64,000 nucleotides of DNA from Gemmatimonadota bacterium (GCA_040389905.1 JAZJZK010000014.1:241070-305069), one strand, 5' to 3'. Shown: positions 48,974 to 59,344, counted from the first letter of the stretch. Numbers and translations are program-made. Notes: generated by a model from the letters alone, not told the origin.

Positions 48974-51054
48974 CCCGCTGCAATCGTATCGTCAGTGCAT
49001 TGATGCTCGCGCCATTGGCCGGCGCATTTCTCGCCGCTGGCGCGCAGGCACCCAGGAAGGCCCCGGCGCCCGCTCCGGTCAAACCGGCGGCGATTCCCGC
49101 ATTTCAGGAAACAACGCTCTCCAATGGACTGCGGGTCATGCTCGTGGAGAGCAAGCGGCAGCCAGTGGTGTCCATCGCGCTCATGATGCCTGCGGGAGAC
49201 GCCTATGATCCAGCCGGCAAGGAGGGCCTTGCCGGGATCGTCGCCGGTGTGCTGACGAAGGGCGCCGGCGCTCGCTCCGCGGATCAAGTGTCGACGGCCA
49301 TCGAGAACGTCGGCGGAAGTATCGGTGCGAGCACGACTCCGGACTTCATGAACGTTCGGGCGAACGTGCTGGCGGAGAACGCTCCACTCGCGTTCGAGCT
49401 GGTCGCCGATGCGGTTGCGCGTCCGGCATTCGAGAGCAAGGAAGTGGAGCTCGCGCGCACGCAAACGCTCTCCGGCCTGCAATTGGAACAGTCGCAGCCG
49501 GCGTCGTTGGCCGCTCGGTTTTACGCGGCGCAGCTGTTCGGCGCACACCCGTACGGCAAACGACCGACTCCCATCACGGTGCGGTCGCTCTCCGTTGACG
49601 ACCTTCGCGCATTCCAGAAGTCGCGCCTCGTTCCCTCAGGCGCACTGTTGGTCGTTGCCGGCGACATCAGCATGGCCCGCACGAAAGAGCTCGGTGAGAA
49701 GAGCTTTGGCAGCTGGAAAGGCAGCGCACCCGCCGCGGTCAAGCGCCCGGCGCTGCCGACGCGAACGAAGACGGAAATCCTGTTGATTCATCGTCCGGGA
49801 TCGGTGCAGAGCAACATCCTGGTCGGCAATCTGACGTACGCGCCCTCGAATCCGAGCTTTTACGCGCTCACGGTCGCCAGCCGCATTCTCGGCGGCGGAA
49901 CCGATGGTCGATTGTTCAAGATCCTCCGTGAGAAAAAGAGCTGGACCTACGGCGCCTATTCTGCGCTCACGAGAAACTTCGATATCGGTACCTTCGACGC
50001 CAACGCCGAGGTCCGCAATGCGGTCACGGATTCGGCGCTGACCGAGTTGCTCGCGCTGGAGCGCAGCCTGGGCAGCACTCCCGCGCCTACGGAGGAACTC
50101 GAAGCGGCCAAGGGCGGACTCGTTGGCGGACTGCCCCTCCAGCTCGAGACGGCGCAGGGCATCGCCGAACAGGTGGGGCGCTTTACGATGCTCGGATTGC
50201 CGAAGGATTTCATCCGCACGCTGCGGCCCAGACTCGCCTCCGTGACGGCCTCACAGGTGCAGGCGGCCGCCAAGTCGTACATGCGTGCGGATCAGGCGCT
50301 CATCGTGGTCGTCGGTGACGGCGAGCAGATCTATGACAAGCTCGCGAAGATCGCGCCGACGAAGATCGTGAACGCGCAGGGCGACGCGATGCAGCCCGCT
50401 GATCTCGTGGTGAAGGTCACCTCGCTGCCGGTAGATCTCACGAAGCTCGCAGCGCGTACTGACAGCTTCGTCGTCCTTGCGCAGGGGAATCCCTTCGGCT
50501 TCCAGACGACGACGTTGAGCAAGACGCCGACGGGCTACTCGTACCGCACGGTGATGCAACTCGCCGGCGGAATGTTGTCGCAGGCGACGGAAACGTCGTT
50601 CGGCAATGACCTCGCGCCGAGCGCATCGACGGTCAAGGGCAAGGTACAGGGCCAGGACGTCGCGATTACCATCGCGTACGCGGGCGGTCGCGCGAAGGGA
50701 ACGGCAAGCACCCCGAGCCAGCAAGGACCCAAGACCGTCACCATCGATACGACGTTGGCACCGGGCGTACTCGATGAGAACATGATTCCCGCACTCGTGC
50801 CGGGACTTCGCTGGGCTCCGAACGCGAAGTTCACCGCCACGGTTTTCGACGGGTCGACCGGAAAATCGCGCCAGGCATCGATCACCGTTGCTGGAACCGA
50901 GTCCGTCACGGTGCCCGCAGGAACATTCCCCGTGTATCGCGTCGAGATGACTGGAGAGCCAGCGCAGACGATCTTCGTGACAACGGCCGCACCACATCGC
51001 GTCGTGAAAATCTCGATGCCCGCGATGCAGCTCGATTTCGTACTCGTGAAGTGA
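48970..51054 (+). CDS. M16 peptidase non-catalytic subunit with an extra C-terminal beta domain (DUF3108-like)
   Basis: No HxxEH; LREKKSWTYG R/Y pair; tail ESVTVPAGTF. Confidence 0.88.
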   Translation: MTRCNRIVSALMLAPLAGAFLAAGAQAPRKAPAPAPVKPAAIPAFQETTLSNGLRVMLVESKRQPVVSIALMMPAGDAYDPAGKEGLAGIVAGVLTKGAGARSADQVSTAIENVGGSIGASTTPDFMNVRANVLAENAPLAFELVADAVARPAFESKEVELARTQTLSGLQLEQSQPASLAARFYAAQLFGAHPYGKRPTPITVRSLSVDDLRAFQKSRLVPSGALLVVAGDISMARTKELGEKSFGSWKGSAPAAVKRPALPTRTKTEILLIHRPGSVQSNILVGNLTYAPSNPSFYALTVASRILGGGTDGRLFKILREKKSWTYGAYSALTRNFDIGTFDANAEVRNAVTDSALTELLALERSLGSTPAPTEELEAAKGGLVGGLPLQLETAQGIAEQVGRFTMLGLPKDFIRTLRPRLASVTASQVQAAAKSYMRADQALIVVVGDGEQIYDKLAKIAPTKIVNAQGDAMQPADLVVKVTSLPVDLTKLAARTDSFVVLAQGNPFGFQTTTLSKTPTGYSYRTVMQLAGGMLSQATETSFGNDLAPSASTVKGKVQGQDVAITIAYAGGRAKGTASTPSQQGPKTVTIDTTLAPGVLDENMIPALVPGLRWAPNAKFTATVFDGSTGKSRQASITVAGTESVTVPAGTFPVYRVEMTGEPAQTIFVTTAAPHRVVKISMPAMQLDFVLVK

Positions 51055-51065
51055 TGCGCTAGCCC

Positions 51066-52055
51066 GTGCTGCTGATCAGTCAGTCCGAGGTCCCCGCGCT
51101 GCTGCCGATGCACGAGTGCATGACCGTCATGGCCGATGCACTGGCGATGCTCGCGCGGGGTGACGCCGTCCAGCCATTGCGACACATGCTCCGCGTGCCG
51201 GACCGCGCGGGCATCCTCGCGATGATGCCAGGATATGTCGGATCCAAAGAGTCGTTGGGCATCAAGGTCATCACCGTATTCCAGGCGAACCACGGCACGG
51301 AGTTCGACTCGCATCAGGGAGTCGTCTTATTGTTCGAAGCCGAGCACGGATCACTCGTCGCGATCATCGACGCCAGCTCGATTACCGCAATCCGCACGGC
51401 GGCGGTCTCCGGCGTGGCGACGCGTTTGCTTGCGCGCTCGGATGCGACCGACCTCTGCATCATGGGCTCCGGTGTCCAGGCGCGAACGCATCTCGATGCA
51501 ATGCTTCTCGCGCGTCCGATTTCGCGCGTGCGTGTGTGGAGCAGAAACAGCGAGAACGGTCTGGCATTCGCGCGCGCCAGTGCCGAGCGCCACAACATCG
51601 CGGTCGAGGCGATTGCATCGGCGCGTGAGGCGGTCAGCGGGGCCAGCATCATCTGTGTCACCACGTCGTCACGCGAGCCGGTGCTCTGCGGTGAATGGGT
51701 GGCGGACGGCGCGCACATCAATGCGGTCGGCTCGAGCGTCCCCTCCGCACGTGAAGTGGACACGGCACTGGTGCATCGCGCTCGGCTCTTCGTCGATCGG
51801 CGGGAATCAACGGTGAACGAAGCGGGAGATTTTCTCATCCCGAAATCGGAGGGCGTCATCGGCGACGATCACATTGTCGGCGAGATCGGTGACATCCTCA
51901 TCGAGCGGTGCGCGGCGCGTGGCGCGTCGTCAGAGGTCACGCTGTTCAAGTCGCTGGGGCTCGCCATCGAGGACGTGGCCGCGGCACAGCATGTCTACAT
52001 GCGAGCTCTGGCCGCTGGTGTCGGGACAAGCATCGCGCTTGGGGGCCGGCGCTAA
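51066..52055 (+). CDS. Ornithine cyclodeaminase/mu-crystallin family protein
   Basis: ITAIRTAAVSGVAT, GSGVQA, LFKSLGLAIED. Confidence 0.92.
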   Translation: MLLISQSEVPALLPMHECMTVMADALAMLARGDAVQPLRHMLRVPDRAGILAMMPGYVGSKESLGIKVITVFQANHGTEFDSHQGVVLLFEAEHGSLVAIIDASSITAIRTAAVSGVATRLLARSDATDLCIMGSGVQARTHLDAMLLARPISRVRVWSRNSENGLAFARASAERHNIAVEAIASAREAVSGASIICVTTSSREPVLCGEWVADGAHINAVGSSVPSAREVDTALVHRARLFVDRRESTVNEAGDFLIPKSEGVIGDDHIVGEIGDILIERCAARGASSEVTLFKSLGLAIEDVAAAQHVYMRALAAGVGTSIALGGRR

Positions 52056-52060
52056 CAAAC

Positions 52061-52309
52061 GTACTGACGTACGAGAGTACAACCGCATACGTATTGCGTA
52101 CTCTGACCCGGTACCTTGACTGGCATACTGACCAAGAGGAGCCATCAGAGAGTGATGTCACGAAAAACGCCGTTCGCAACATCGTGACGGCGTTCGGCGT
52201 CGGGTCGATGCCATCCCCTGCGTCGATGGCTCTTCTTGGGTTGGATGCCAGTCCGGGTACAAGGTTCCGGGTACCTCGTACGTAAGTGGTTGTACTCGGT
52301 ACCCAGTAC
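52061..52309 (+). repeat. Long-hairpin dispersed element, copy 2 (expanded loop)
   Basis: 38/39-nt identity with copy 1 in gtcgatggctcttcttgg(c/g)ttggatgccagtccgggtac; nested stems out to gtactg/cagtac. Confidence 0.85.
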
Positions 52310-52319
52310 GTCTGTTGCC

Positions 52320-52784
52320 TTAAGGCACAGCCACCGTGATTGTCGGCGCGTCCACCTTCGCGGCCGCCTGCCCCACGTCCCGAAGCCGCGCCACCACGCG
52401 AACGCTGTCGGACACCGTTGCCGTTCCGGCAAGCTGCACCGTCGCGCGCACCCAGACCGCGACGTCGTTCGGTCGCGCGCCTGGAAACAGCCATGACGCG
52501 CGCACCGTGTACCGTCCGTCGCTGTCCGTGCGCGCGAGCCCCGACAACGATGATCCACCTGCGGAAGAACCGTCGGTAAACACGACGACGTACGCGTCGC
52601 GGACGCCCGCGCCTGACGTTCCAACCACACGACCGGCGACGTCACCGCAACCGTAGGAGCCGAATTCTCCGGATTGCTCGCAAGCGATCGCGCCCGCATC
52701 GGTTGCCGACGAGGCACCGCATGCGATGCCGGCGAGGACAAACAAGGCTCCAACTGTGAAACGAGGGACGTGATTCACCGGCAT
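52320..52784 (-). CDS. Hypothetical lipoprotein with carboxypeptidase-regulatory-like (prealbumin-like) domain
   Basis: LAGIAC lipobox; VAGRVV...GV..A.V...RTDSDGRY. Confidence 0.7.
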   Translation of the reverse strand: MPVNHVPRFTVGALFVLAGIACGASSATDAGAIACEQSGEFGSYGCGDVAGRVVGTSGAGVRDAYVVVFTDGSSAGGSSLSGLARTDSDGRYTVRASWLFPGARPNDVAVWVRATVQLAGTATVSDSVRVVARLRDVGQAAAKVDAPTITVAVP

Positions 52785-52850
52785 CCTGGAAAGGACCTTC
52801 GCATGCGCCTACCCACCACACGATACGCGCAGGTCGAGGGAGTGTTGGTG

Positions 52851-54416
52851 CTAGCCTCCGTCGAGCCCGCCAAGATCGCCCACATCGGCCACGGGAAGGC
52901 GCAGCTCAAAGATGCTTCCACCACCCTCACGCTCACCATACGACACCGTCCCCCCTTGGACTTCCGCTAACGACCGCGCGATCGAGAGACCGAGGCCGGC
53001 ATGGCCTCCATCGGGGGTCGCGTCCGCCGGGCGATAGAAGGGCTCGAAAATCCGCTCTTGCTCCATCGGAGGCACTCCCGCACCTCGATCGGCCACGGAC
53101 AGCACGAGCCACGCGCCATCGCGCAGGGCACTCACCTCGATGCGCCCTCTCTCCGGCGTATGCCGCAGCGCGTTGTCGAGGAGGTTCCCGACGATGCGCA
53201 GGGTGTGCACGAAATCAAAATGCCCAACAAGTGCCGGCTGATCGAAATCGATGTGGACGTCGATGTCGCGACCAGCGCGAACGCCCTCCGCCTGACGGAG
53301 TGCCGCGCCGACGAGATCCTCGATCGTGTTGAACTCCGGCACGAGCGTGAAGCCGCCGGCCCGAAAGCGCGACATCTCGAGCAGGTCACTGACGAGACGC
53401 GCCAGGCGATCCGCCTGCTCCACGATGGCCAATGATGTCCGTTCACCACGATCCGCGCCGCTCTGCGCGAGGACCTTGATCGTCGTGAGCGGCGTGCGAA
53501 GATCGTGGGACACGGAGGCAAAGACCTCGTCCTTTGCCCGTTGCGCCTCGCGCAACGCCTCGGAATACGCCGCCTCCGTCATCAGTCGCATGCGTTCGAG
53601 GCCGAGGGTCGCATAGTAGCTCAGCGCCGCCAGGAGGCGGCGGCGCGGAGCATCCAGTTCGAGCGCGTCATGACCGCGCACCACCAGCACTCCGATCACG
53701 CGATCCTTGGCCAGCAGCGGCAGCACGAGGAGCTTCGGCCGCATTACGAGGTCCCCAGGCTGCCCAATGTCGGCTCCGGTATGCTCCGTCCAGTGGCCTC
53801 CGGTGTCGAGCAGCACGGGTCGCCGCGCGTCCATCGCGCCCTCGATCGCGCGCCGCTCGGTGGTCTCCTCGCCGATTGGTCGCGACTGTCCCGTGCTCGC
53901 GAACGCCATCCCTTCCGCGCCGCGCGGAGAGTCTCGCGTCATGATGGCGCACGACTCCGCGCCGATGGCGCCACGCACGAGCGTCGCCATCGCGCCGAGC
54001 GCCTCTTCGGAGCTCGCATGCCGGAGCGATTCGGCGCCGAGTCGCGATAGTGTCTCTACTTCGCTCGTGCGCGCCTGCGCGGCACTCGCCTCCTGGCGCG
54101 AGCGCGTCAACAATTCCGTAGTGACGAAGGCGGTTGCCAGAAACGACATCAGTACGACGAAGTCGAGCGGCTTGGGAACCGTGACGAAGCCGTAGGGAAC
54201 CTGGAAGAACCCATCGATAATCGCGGTGCTGAGGAGCGCCAGCACGAAGCCGAGCGGACGACCACCGGCGAGACTTCCGCCGAGCACGACGAGCAAGAGT
54301 GCGAGCGACGCCTGTGCGTCATCGACATCCGGTCGCGCGGCGCGCAGCAGGCCGGTGCAGAGCACGAGCATGGCGCCCCACATCAGCCACGCGCGCACCG
54401 CTGGTTTGACGATCAC
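52851..54416 (-). CDS. KdpD-like sensor kinase (DUF4118-GAF-HisKA-HATPase) lacking the N-terminal KdpD/Usp domains
   Basis: 4 TMs (FFQVPYGF), SHDLRTPL, NLLDNALRH, GLGLSIA; GTG 54416 overlaps the RR stop. Confidence 0.88.
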   Translation of the reverse strand: MIVKPAVRAWLMWGAMLVLCTGLLRAARPDVDDAQASLALLLVVLGGSLAGGRPLGFVLALLSTAIIDGFFQVPYGFVTVPKPLDFVVLMSFLATAFVTTELLTRSRQEASAAQARTSEVETLSRLGAESLRHASSEEALGAMATLVRGAIGAESCAIMTRDSPRGAEGMAFASTGQSRPIGEETTERRAIEGAMDARRPVLLDTGGHWTEHTGADIGQPGDLVMRPKLLVLPLLAKDRVIGVLVVRGHDALELDAPRRRLLAALSYYATLGLERMRLMTEAAYSEALREAQRAKDEVFASVSHDLRTPLTTIKVLAQSGADRGERTSLAIVEQADRLARLVSDLLEMSRFRAGGFTLVPEFNTIEDLVGAALRQAEGVRAGRDIDVHIDFDQPALVGHFDFVHTLRIVGNLLDNALRHTPERGRIEVSALRDGAWLVLSVADRGAGVPPMEQERIFEPFYRPADATPDGGHAGLGLSIARSLAEVQGGTVSYGEREGGGSIFELRLPVADVGDLGGLDGG

Positions 54417-55141
54417 TCCAAGGGCACCCCGAATCGGTAACCCACACCTGGCTCGGTGATGATCAGGCGCGGCGACGCCGGCTCGCGTTCGATTTTGCGC
54501 CGGAGGTTTGTAAGGTGGACGCGCAGATACTGTTGCGGATTGCCGAAGGACTTGGCCCACACGGCGTCGAAGATCTGCTGGTGCGTGAGCGTTCGCCCAG
54601 CATGCGATACGAAGGTCTGTAGCAGCTGCCACTCGGTGCGCGTGAGACGGATCGGCACGGTGTCGCGCCGGATCTCACGGTGCACGAAGTCGATCGTCAG
54701 GCCATCACACCGCACCGTGCTCGCCGCCATTTGACTTGGGCCCCGCGCTCGGCGCAGCTGAGCCTGCACGCGCGCCACGAGCTCACCGAGACTGAAAGGC
54801 TTGGTCACATAGTCGTCGGCGCCGGCGGTCAGGAGCAGCACTTTTTCCTGCTCAGCGTGGCGCGCCGACAACACCACGATCGGGTTCGACGACCAGCGAC
54901 GGATCTCGCGGCAGACGGCAACGCCCGCCATGTCCGGGAGGCCGAGATCGAGGATGATGAGATCGGGACGCGCTCCGGCCGCGAGCGCCACGCCTTCCGC
55001 GCCCGTAGCGGCCTCGTGAAAGCGGTCACTCAGGTGCGCCAGCGCGTCGACCAGTGCTCGACGGATATGCGGCTCGTCGTCGATGATGAGAATGGCATTC
55101 GCGTGGACCGAGGCGGCGGAAGGGAGCGGGTTCGTCATCAT
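54413..55141 (-). CDS. KdpE-like OmpR-family response regulator
   Basis: LIILDLGLPD, GADDYVTKPF, YLRVHLTNLRRKIE..P..PRLIITEPGVGYRF. Confidence 0.92.
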   Translation of the reverse strand: MMTNPLPSAASVHANAILIIDDEPHIRRALVDALAHLSDRFHEAATGAEGVALAAGARPDLIILDLGLPDMAGVAVCREIRRWSSNPIVVLSARHAEQEKVLLLTAGADDYVTKPFSLGELVARVQAQLRRARGPSQMAASTVRCDGLTIDFVHREIRRDTVPIRLTRTEWQLLQTFVSHAGRTLTHQQIFDAVWAKSFGNPQQYLRVHLTNLRRKIEREPASPRLIITEPGVGYRFGVPLE

Positions 55142-55213
55142 TCAGGGATAGCCAAACATCTCGGCGAGAAATAGCAACGCACCGCGACTTTGTGCAATCT
55201 TTGTGAGTCGCCT

Positions 55214-56818
55214 CTAGGGGTTACACAGACGACGTCGCGGCGGCGGAGCGGACAGCGTCGCCGGCGCGACGTCGAGGAACTGGACCGTCGGCGGCATGGT
55301 GGGCGCGAGCGTAATCGACACGCGCAACGGCCCACGATCGCACGGGAGCACCCACTGTCCACGCAGGGCGTTCTCGACGAGGGAGAATTGCGTCGCGCGA
55401 GCGCACGGTCCGTTCTTCGCCACGAGTGCGGTGAGCTCCTCGCGCCGTCGATCGCGTGACCGGTCCCTGAACAGGTTTTCCGACGCAATGCTGTCCGCGA
55501 GCGCATCGTTCCACCGGAGAACGAGGCGCGTGACGGCATCGCGCGCATCTCCAAGCGCACGCGATGGTTGAGGCTCTCTCGGCTGCAATGCGCCCGTTTT
55601 CTCCAGCAGCCCCATCGCGTCGACGAATGGCGCGCCCCATCCGGTGTAGGTGCGATTCCCGAAGGCAACGATCCCGACGCCGTACTCCGGAAGCCACCGC
55701 ATGTAGGAGCCGAATCCCGGAAGGCCGCCGCTATGCGCCACGATGTGCGCGAAATCGCAGTCGCTGGAAATTCCCAGGCCGAATCCGTAGCCGCCGGCAT
55801 TCAGTTGGCTGAGGCCCGTCGTCGCATTCCGCGTGACGCCGGGAGTCCTCGGTCGCCAGATCTGCTGCATCTCCCGGAGCGATGCCCGCCGCACCGGTCC
55901 CGTCTCCGCGCCATCGCGCGCCGGCCACGCCGCCAGAAAGGTCGCGACGTAGGTCCCGAGATCGTGGATCGACGTCAACATGCCGCCCATCGACCCGAAC
56001 GCACCGTCGGGCAGCTGCGGCTCGATCTTCCACCGATTGTCCTCCCACCGGTATCCCTGCGCAAGCCGATTGGCGGGAACCGCCTTGCTCTCCAACGTCG
56101 TCGAGTGCATGCCCAGCGGCTGGAGGATGTTTCGCGAGACGTATTCGCGATAAGGCACACCCGACACGCGCGCCACGATCCGGCCGAGAATCGCGAACCC
56201 GTAATTCGAATACTCGTACGCGGTGCCCGGCGCCGTGGAAAACGGAATCCCGCGCCGCATCATGCGGGACAGTTCGGCGTCGGTGCGCGCGAGTTGCTGG
56301 TCACCCCACGGATTGTCCTCGGGAAAGCCCTCAGCGTGCGAGAGCAACATCCTGATCGTGATGCGCGGCGAGTCGCTCGTCGGATACGAGAGCTGCTTGA
56401 GCTCCGGCACGTACTTCTCCGCAGGGTCGTCGAGCGAGAGCTTGCCGGCGTCGCGCAACTTGAGGATCGACATCGCGGTGAAACTCTTCGTCATCGACGC
56501 AATGCGAAAAACGGTGTTGGAGTCCACCGGCGACCCGTTGTCCGCATCACGCACTCCGGTGACGCCAAGATGCACCAGCTTGCCATCGACGATGATGCCC
56601 CAGGCGGCACCAGGCACGTGCTCGCGTTGCGTCATTGCGCGAAACACGCTGTCGATCTGCGGAAATGCCGCGGCGAGCTTGGTCGCGCGATCTGCGTCCG
56701 CAAAACGCGCGGGCGGCATACCGGACGGGCGCTGGCTCTCCAGCAAAACCGGCGCGCAGCATGCGAGTGAAGCGACGAGCACGGATCGGCGCGGCAGTGA
56801 AATACTCGGCAGCGACAT
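55214..56818 (-). CDS. Serine hydrolase, beta-lactamase/AmpC family, exported
   Basis: FRIASMTK (SxxK), YEYSN, HSGGLPG; GGAG RBS before ATG 56818. Confidence 0.9.
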   Translation of the reverse strand: MSLPSISLPRRSVLVASLACCAPVLLESQRPSGMPPARFADADRATKLAAAFPQIDSVFRAMTQREHVPGAAWGIIVDGKLVHLGVTGVRDADNGSPVDSNTVFRIASMTKSFTAMSILKLRDAGKLSLDDPAEKYVPELKQLSYPTSDSPRITIRMLLSHAEGFPEDNPWGDQQLARTDAELSRMMRRGIPFSTAPGTAYEYSNYGFAILGRIVARVSGVPYREYVSRNILQPLGMHSTTLESKAVPANRLAQGYRWEDNRWKIEPQLPDGAFGSMGGMLTSIHDLGTYVATFLAAWPARDGAETGPVRRASLREMQQIWRPRTPGVTRNATTGLSQLNAGGYGFGLGISSDCDFAHIVAHSGGLPGFGSYMRWLPEYGVGIVAFGNRTYTGWGAPFVDAMGLLEKTGALQPREPQPSRALGDARDAVTRLVLRWNDALADSIASENLFRDRSRDRRREELTALVAKNGPCARATQFSLVENALRGQWVLPCDRGPLRVSITLAPTMPPTVQFLDVAPATLSAPPPRRRLCNP

Positions 56819-56852
56819 GGAATCTCCATCATGCGTACGGTTCAACGATTCA

Positions 56853-56947
56853 GGAGGAACGGATTTCACAGATGCATCGGAAACGACCGGATAAAGCGTC
56901 AAGAAGAATCCGGTGGTTCCCGTTTGAATCCGTTCAATCCGCTCCTC
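56853..56947. repeat. Palindromic intergenic element (CGGATTT../..AATCCG family), copy 2
   Basis: ggaggaacggatttcacagat ... aatccgttcaatccgctcc; shares motifs with 25628-25730. Confidence 0.6.
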
Positions 56948-56998
56948 AATCTGTTCGGACTGTACGCTGCGACGCCACCACGAGTCGGCGCGAAGCGG

Positions 56999-59344
56999 TT
57001 AGCCCGGCTCGGACGTCACCAGCCGAATCGCCGCGGTGAGTTGCTCACCGGTGAATGGCTTCTGGAGGAACGCATGTCGTTCGTCGATTTTCGGCCCCGA
57101 GCCCGCACCAAATTCGGTGTAGCCCGAGATGTAGACGACAGCGAGGTCTGGATGCGTCTGCGACAGCGTCTCCCCGAACACCACGCCATTCATTCCGGGC
57201 ATCATCAGGTCGCTCACGACGACGTCGATGCGCTCTCCCTGATCGGCGACCACCGCGAGCGCGGCCCCGCCTTCGTCCGCCTCGAGCACTTGAAAGCCCG
57301 CGCGCTCCAGCGTCCGGCGAACGGCCCGCCGAACCGCCGGCTCGTCCTCCACCAACAGCACGCAGCGCGGCGATCGCGCTTCCTTCTGTCCCGCACGAGG
57401 CACGCCGTGCTCACCTGTCGTGTACATCGAGCCGTGCGCTTCCGGAATGTAGACCTCGAACCGCGAGCCCACTCCGACGGCGCTCTGGACGCGGATGAAC
57501 CCGCCCATCTCGGTGACGATGCCATACGTCGTCGCCAACCCGAGGCCCGTTCCCTTTCCCATGTCCTTCGTCGTGAAGAAGGGCTCGAAGATGCGCGCCA
57601 TCGTGGCGTCGTCCATTCCGATGCCCGTGTCACGAACGATGAGCTGGGAATAGCGACCCGGCGTTCCCTCGCTCGCGACGATGTCGGCACCCTGGAGATC
57701 GATGACACACACCTCCATCGTCAACGATCCTCCCCGCGGCATCGCATCCGCGGCATTCACGACGAGATTCATGACGACCTGCTCCAACTGCGTCCGATCC
57801 GCAAGGATCTCCGCAGGCGCTCGCGAGATCGAATCCGAGAAATCAATGTTTGCCGGCAGCACTCGGCGCAACATTGGCTCGAACTCGCGAACCGTCTGGC
57901 AGACATCCACCACCTTCACCTGGACGACCTGTTGCCGTGTGAAGGTGAGGAGCTGACGCGTCAGCGAGGCGGCGCGCGCCGCCGCACCAGAGATGTGCGC
58001 CAGTTGCGTGCGCGCGTCAGCTGTTTCCACGTCCTCCGTCAGCAGCTCCGTACACGCAGTGATGATCGTGAGAATGTTGTTGAAGTCGTGCGCAATTCCT
58101 CCAGCGAGACGGCCCAGTGCCTCCATTTTCTGCGACTGGCGTAGCTGTTCTTCGAGTTTCTTGCGCTCCGTGAGGTCCGCGTAGAAATCGATGTAGCCAA
58201 TGCGGTGATCGTGCTCGTCGCGAAGGACACCAGACGCGTGCAGCACACTCACGACGCTGCCATCCTTTCGCGCGCGGCTCACTTCGGCGGGTGTCGTGCC
58301 GGAGCCGGGATCGACCGCGGCGCCTCCATGGCGAAGCTCGTGCACCTGGTTCGACGTCACGTAGGGGAGCGGGCGGCCGAGCACCTCTGGCGCGGCCCAG
58401 CCGAAAAGCCGTTCGGCCGCGCGGTTCCAGCGCGTGACGTAGCCCTCGTGATCGGTGGTGACGATCGCCTGCGGCGCGACGTCGATCAGCGACTGGAGCA
58501 ACTCGCTTGTTCGCCGGGCGCCCGTCTCGCTTTCCTCGAGGGCGGCCCGTGACCGTCGCAGTTCCTCGATCGCGGAGGTCAGCGCCGACGTGCGGTCCGA
58601 CACGCGCCGTTCAAGTCCCTCGTTCACCGACGCGAGCTCCGCCTGTGTACCCACGAGCGTGTCGACCATCCGGTTGAACGCATGCACAAGCTCGGCGATC
58701 TCGATGTCGTTCGTCTCGCTTGCTCGCAGGCTCAGGTCACCGGCCGCGATCCGGTTCACCGTGTCGGCGACGTCGGTGAGCGGGCGCGTCACGAGCGTGC
58801 TGATGGCGTAGGCCAGCAGGAGACCTACGCCGATGATGATGACACCGACGAGCGCGCCGATCCGTCTCGCACTGGCGACCTCCGCGCGGAGGGACGCGAG
58901 GGAAAGGCCCACCTCGACGGACCCCACGTGCTCCTTGTTGCTCATGACCGCGGTGGACGTGCTGATCGTCGTCCCGTCGGCAGAGATTCGGTCGGCGGCC
59001 AGGGTCTCGACCGGCAGCACGTCGGCCGGATGCGCGCCGATCGACGCCACGACGCGCCCCGCCTTGTCTCGCACGATGATGTACGACACTTCCGCCTCGC
59101 GCGATGCGCCTCCGAGGACTTGTCGTGCGGCGACGGTATCGTCGAAGACCAATGCCGACGCGAGACTGTAGGCGGTCATGTCGCGAATCGTCGCGGCCTT
59201 CGCGCGTGTCGCGCTCATGGCTTGCCGTTCGAGACGCGACGGAAAGAACGTGAATACGAACACCGCAAATGCGGCGATGAGCGCCGAAAGTGCCAGCAGC
59301 AACTTGTGGCGAATGCCGCGAACAAAGCGTGGGCGGATGGTCAT
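56999..59344 (-). CDS. Hybrid histidine kinase (TM-periplasmic-TM-HAMP-PAS-HisKA-HATPase-REC)
   Basis: QSQKMEALGRLAGGIAHDFNN, FEPFFTTK..GKGTGLGL, C-terminal REC; ATG 59344 overlaps the upstream stop. Confidence 0.93.
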   Translation of the reverse strand: MTIRPRFVRGIRHKLLLALSALIAAFAVFVFTFFPSRLERQAMSATRAKAATIRDMTAYSLASALVFDDTVAARQVLGGASREAEVSYIIVRDKAGRVVASIGAHPADVLPVETLAADRISADGTTISTSTAVMSNKEHVGSVEVGLSLASLRAEVASARRIGALVGVIIIGVGLLLAYAISTLVTRPLTDVADTVNRIAAGDLSLRASETNDIEIAELVHAFNRMVDTLVGTQAELASVNEGLERRVSDRTSALTSAIEELRRSRAALEESETGARRTSELLQSLIDVAPQAIVTTDHEGYVTRWNRAAERLFGWAAPEVLGRPLPYVTSNQVHELRHGGAAVDPGSGTTPAEVSRARKDGSVVSVLHASGVLRDEHDHRIGYIDFYADLTERKKLEEQLRQSQKMEALGRLAGGIAHDFNNILTIITACTELLTEDVETADARTQLAHISGAAARAASLTRQLLTFTRQQVVQVKVVDVCQTVREFEPMLRRVLPANIDFSDSISRAPAEILADRTQLEQVVMNLVVNAADAMPRGGSLTMEVCVIDLQGADIVASEGTPGRYSQLIVRDTGIGMDDATMARIFEPFFTTKDMGKGTGLGLATTYGIVTEMGGFIRVQSAVGVGSRFEVYIPEAHGSMYTTGEHGVPRAGQKEARSPRCVLLVEDEPAVRRAVRRTLERAGFQVLEADEGGAALAVVADQGERIDVVVSDLMMPGMNGVVFGETLSQTHPDLAVVYISGYTEFGAGSGPKIDERHAFLQKPFTGEQLTAAIRLVTSEPG

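Noticed and set aside
33001..52309. The two homologous hairpins as a DGR template/variable pair, retron msr-msd, or prophage att sites
   Set aside because: No reverse transcriptase or integrase; both copies are intergenic; differences are not adenine-restricted; the genes between them are ordinary chromosomal genes
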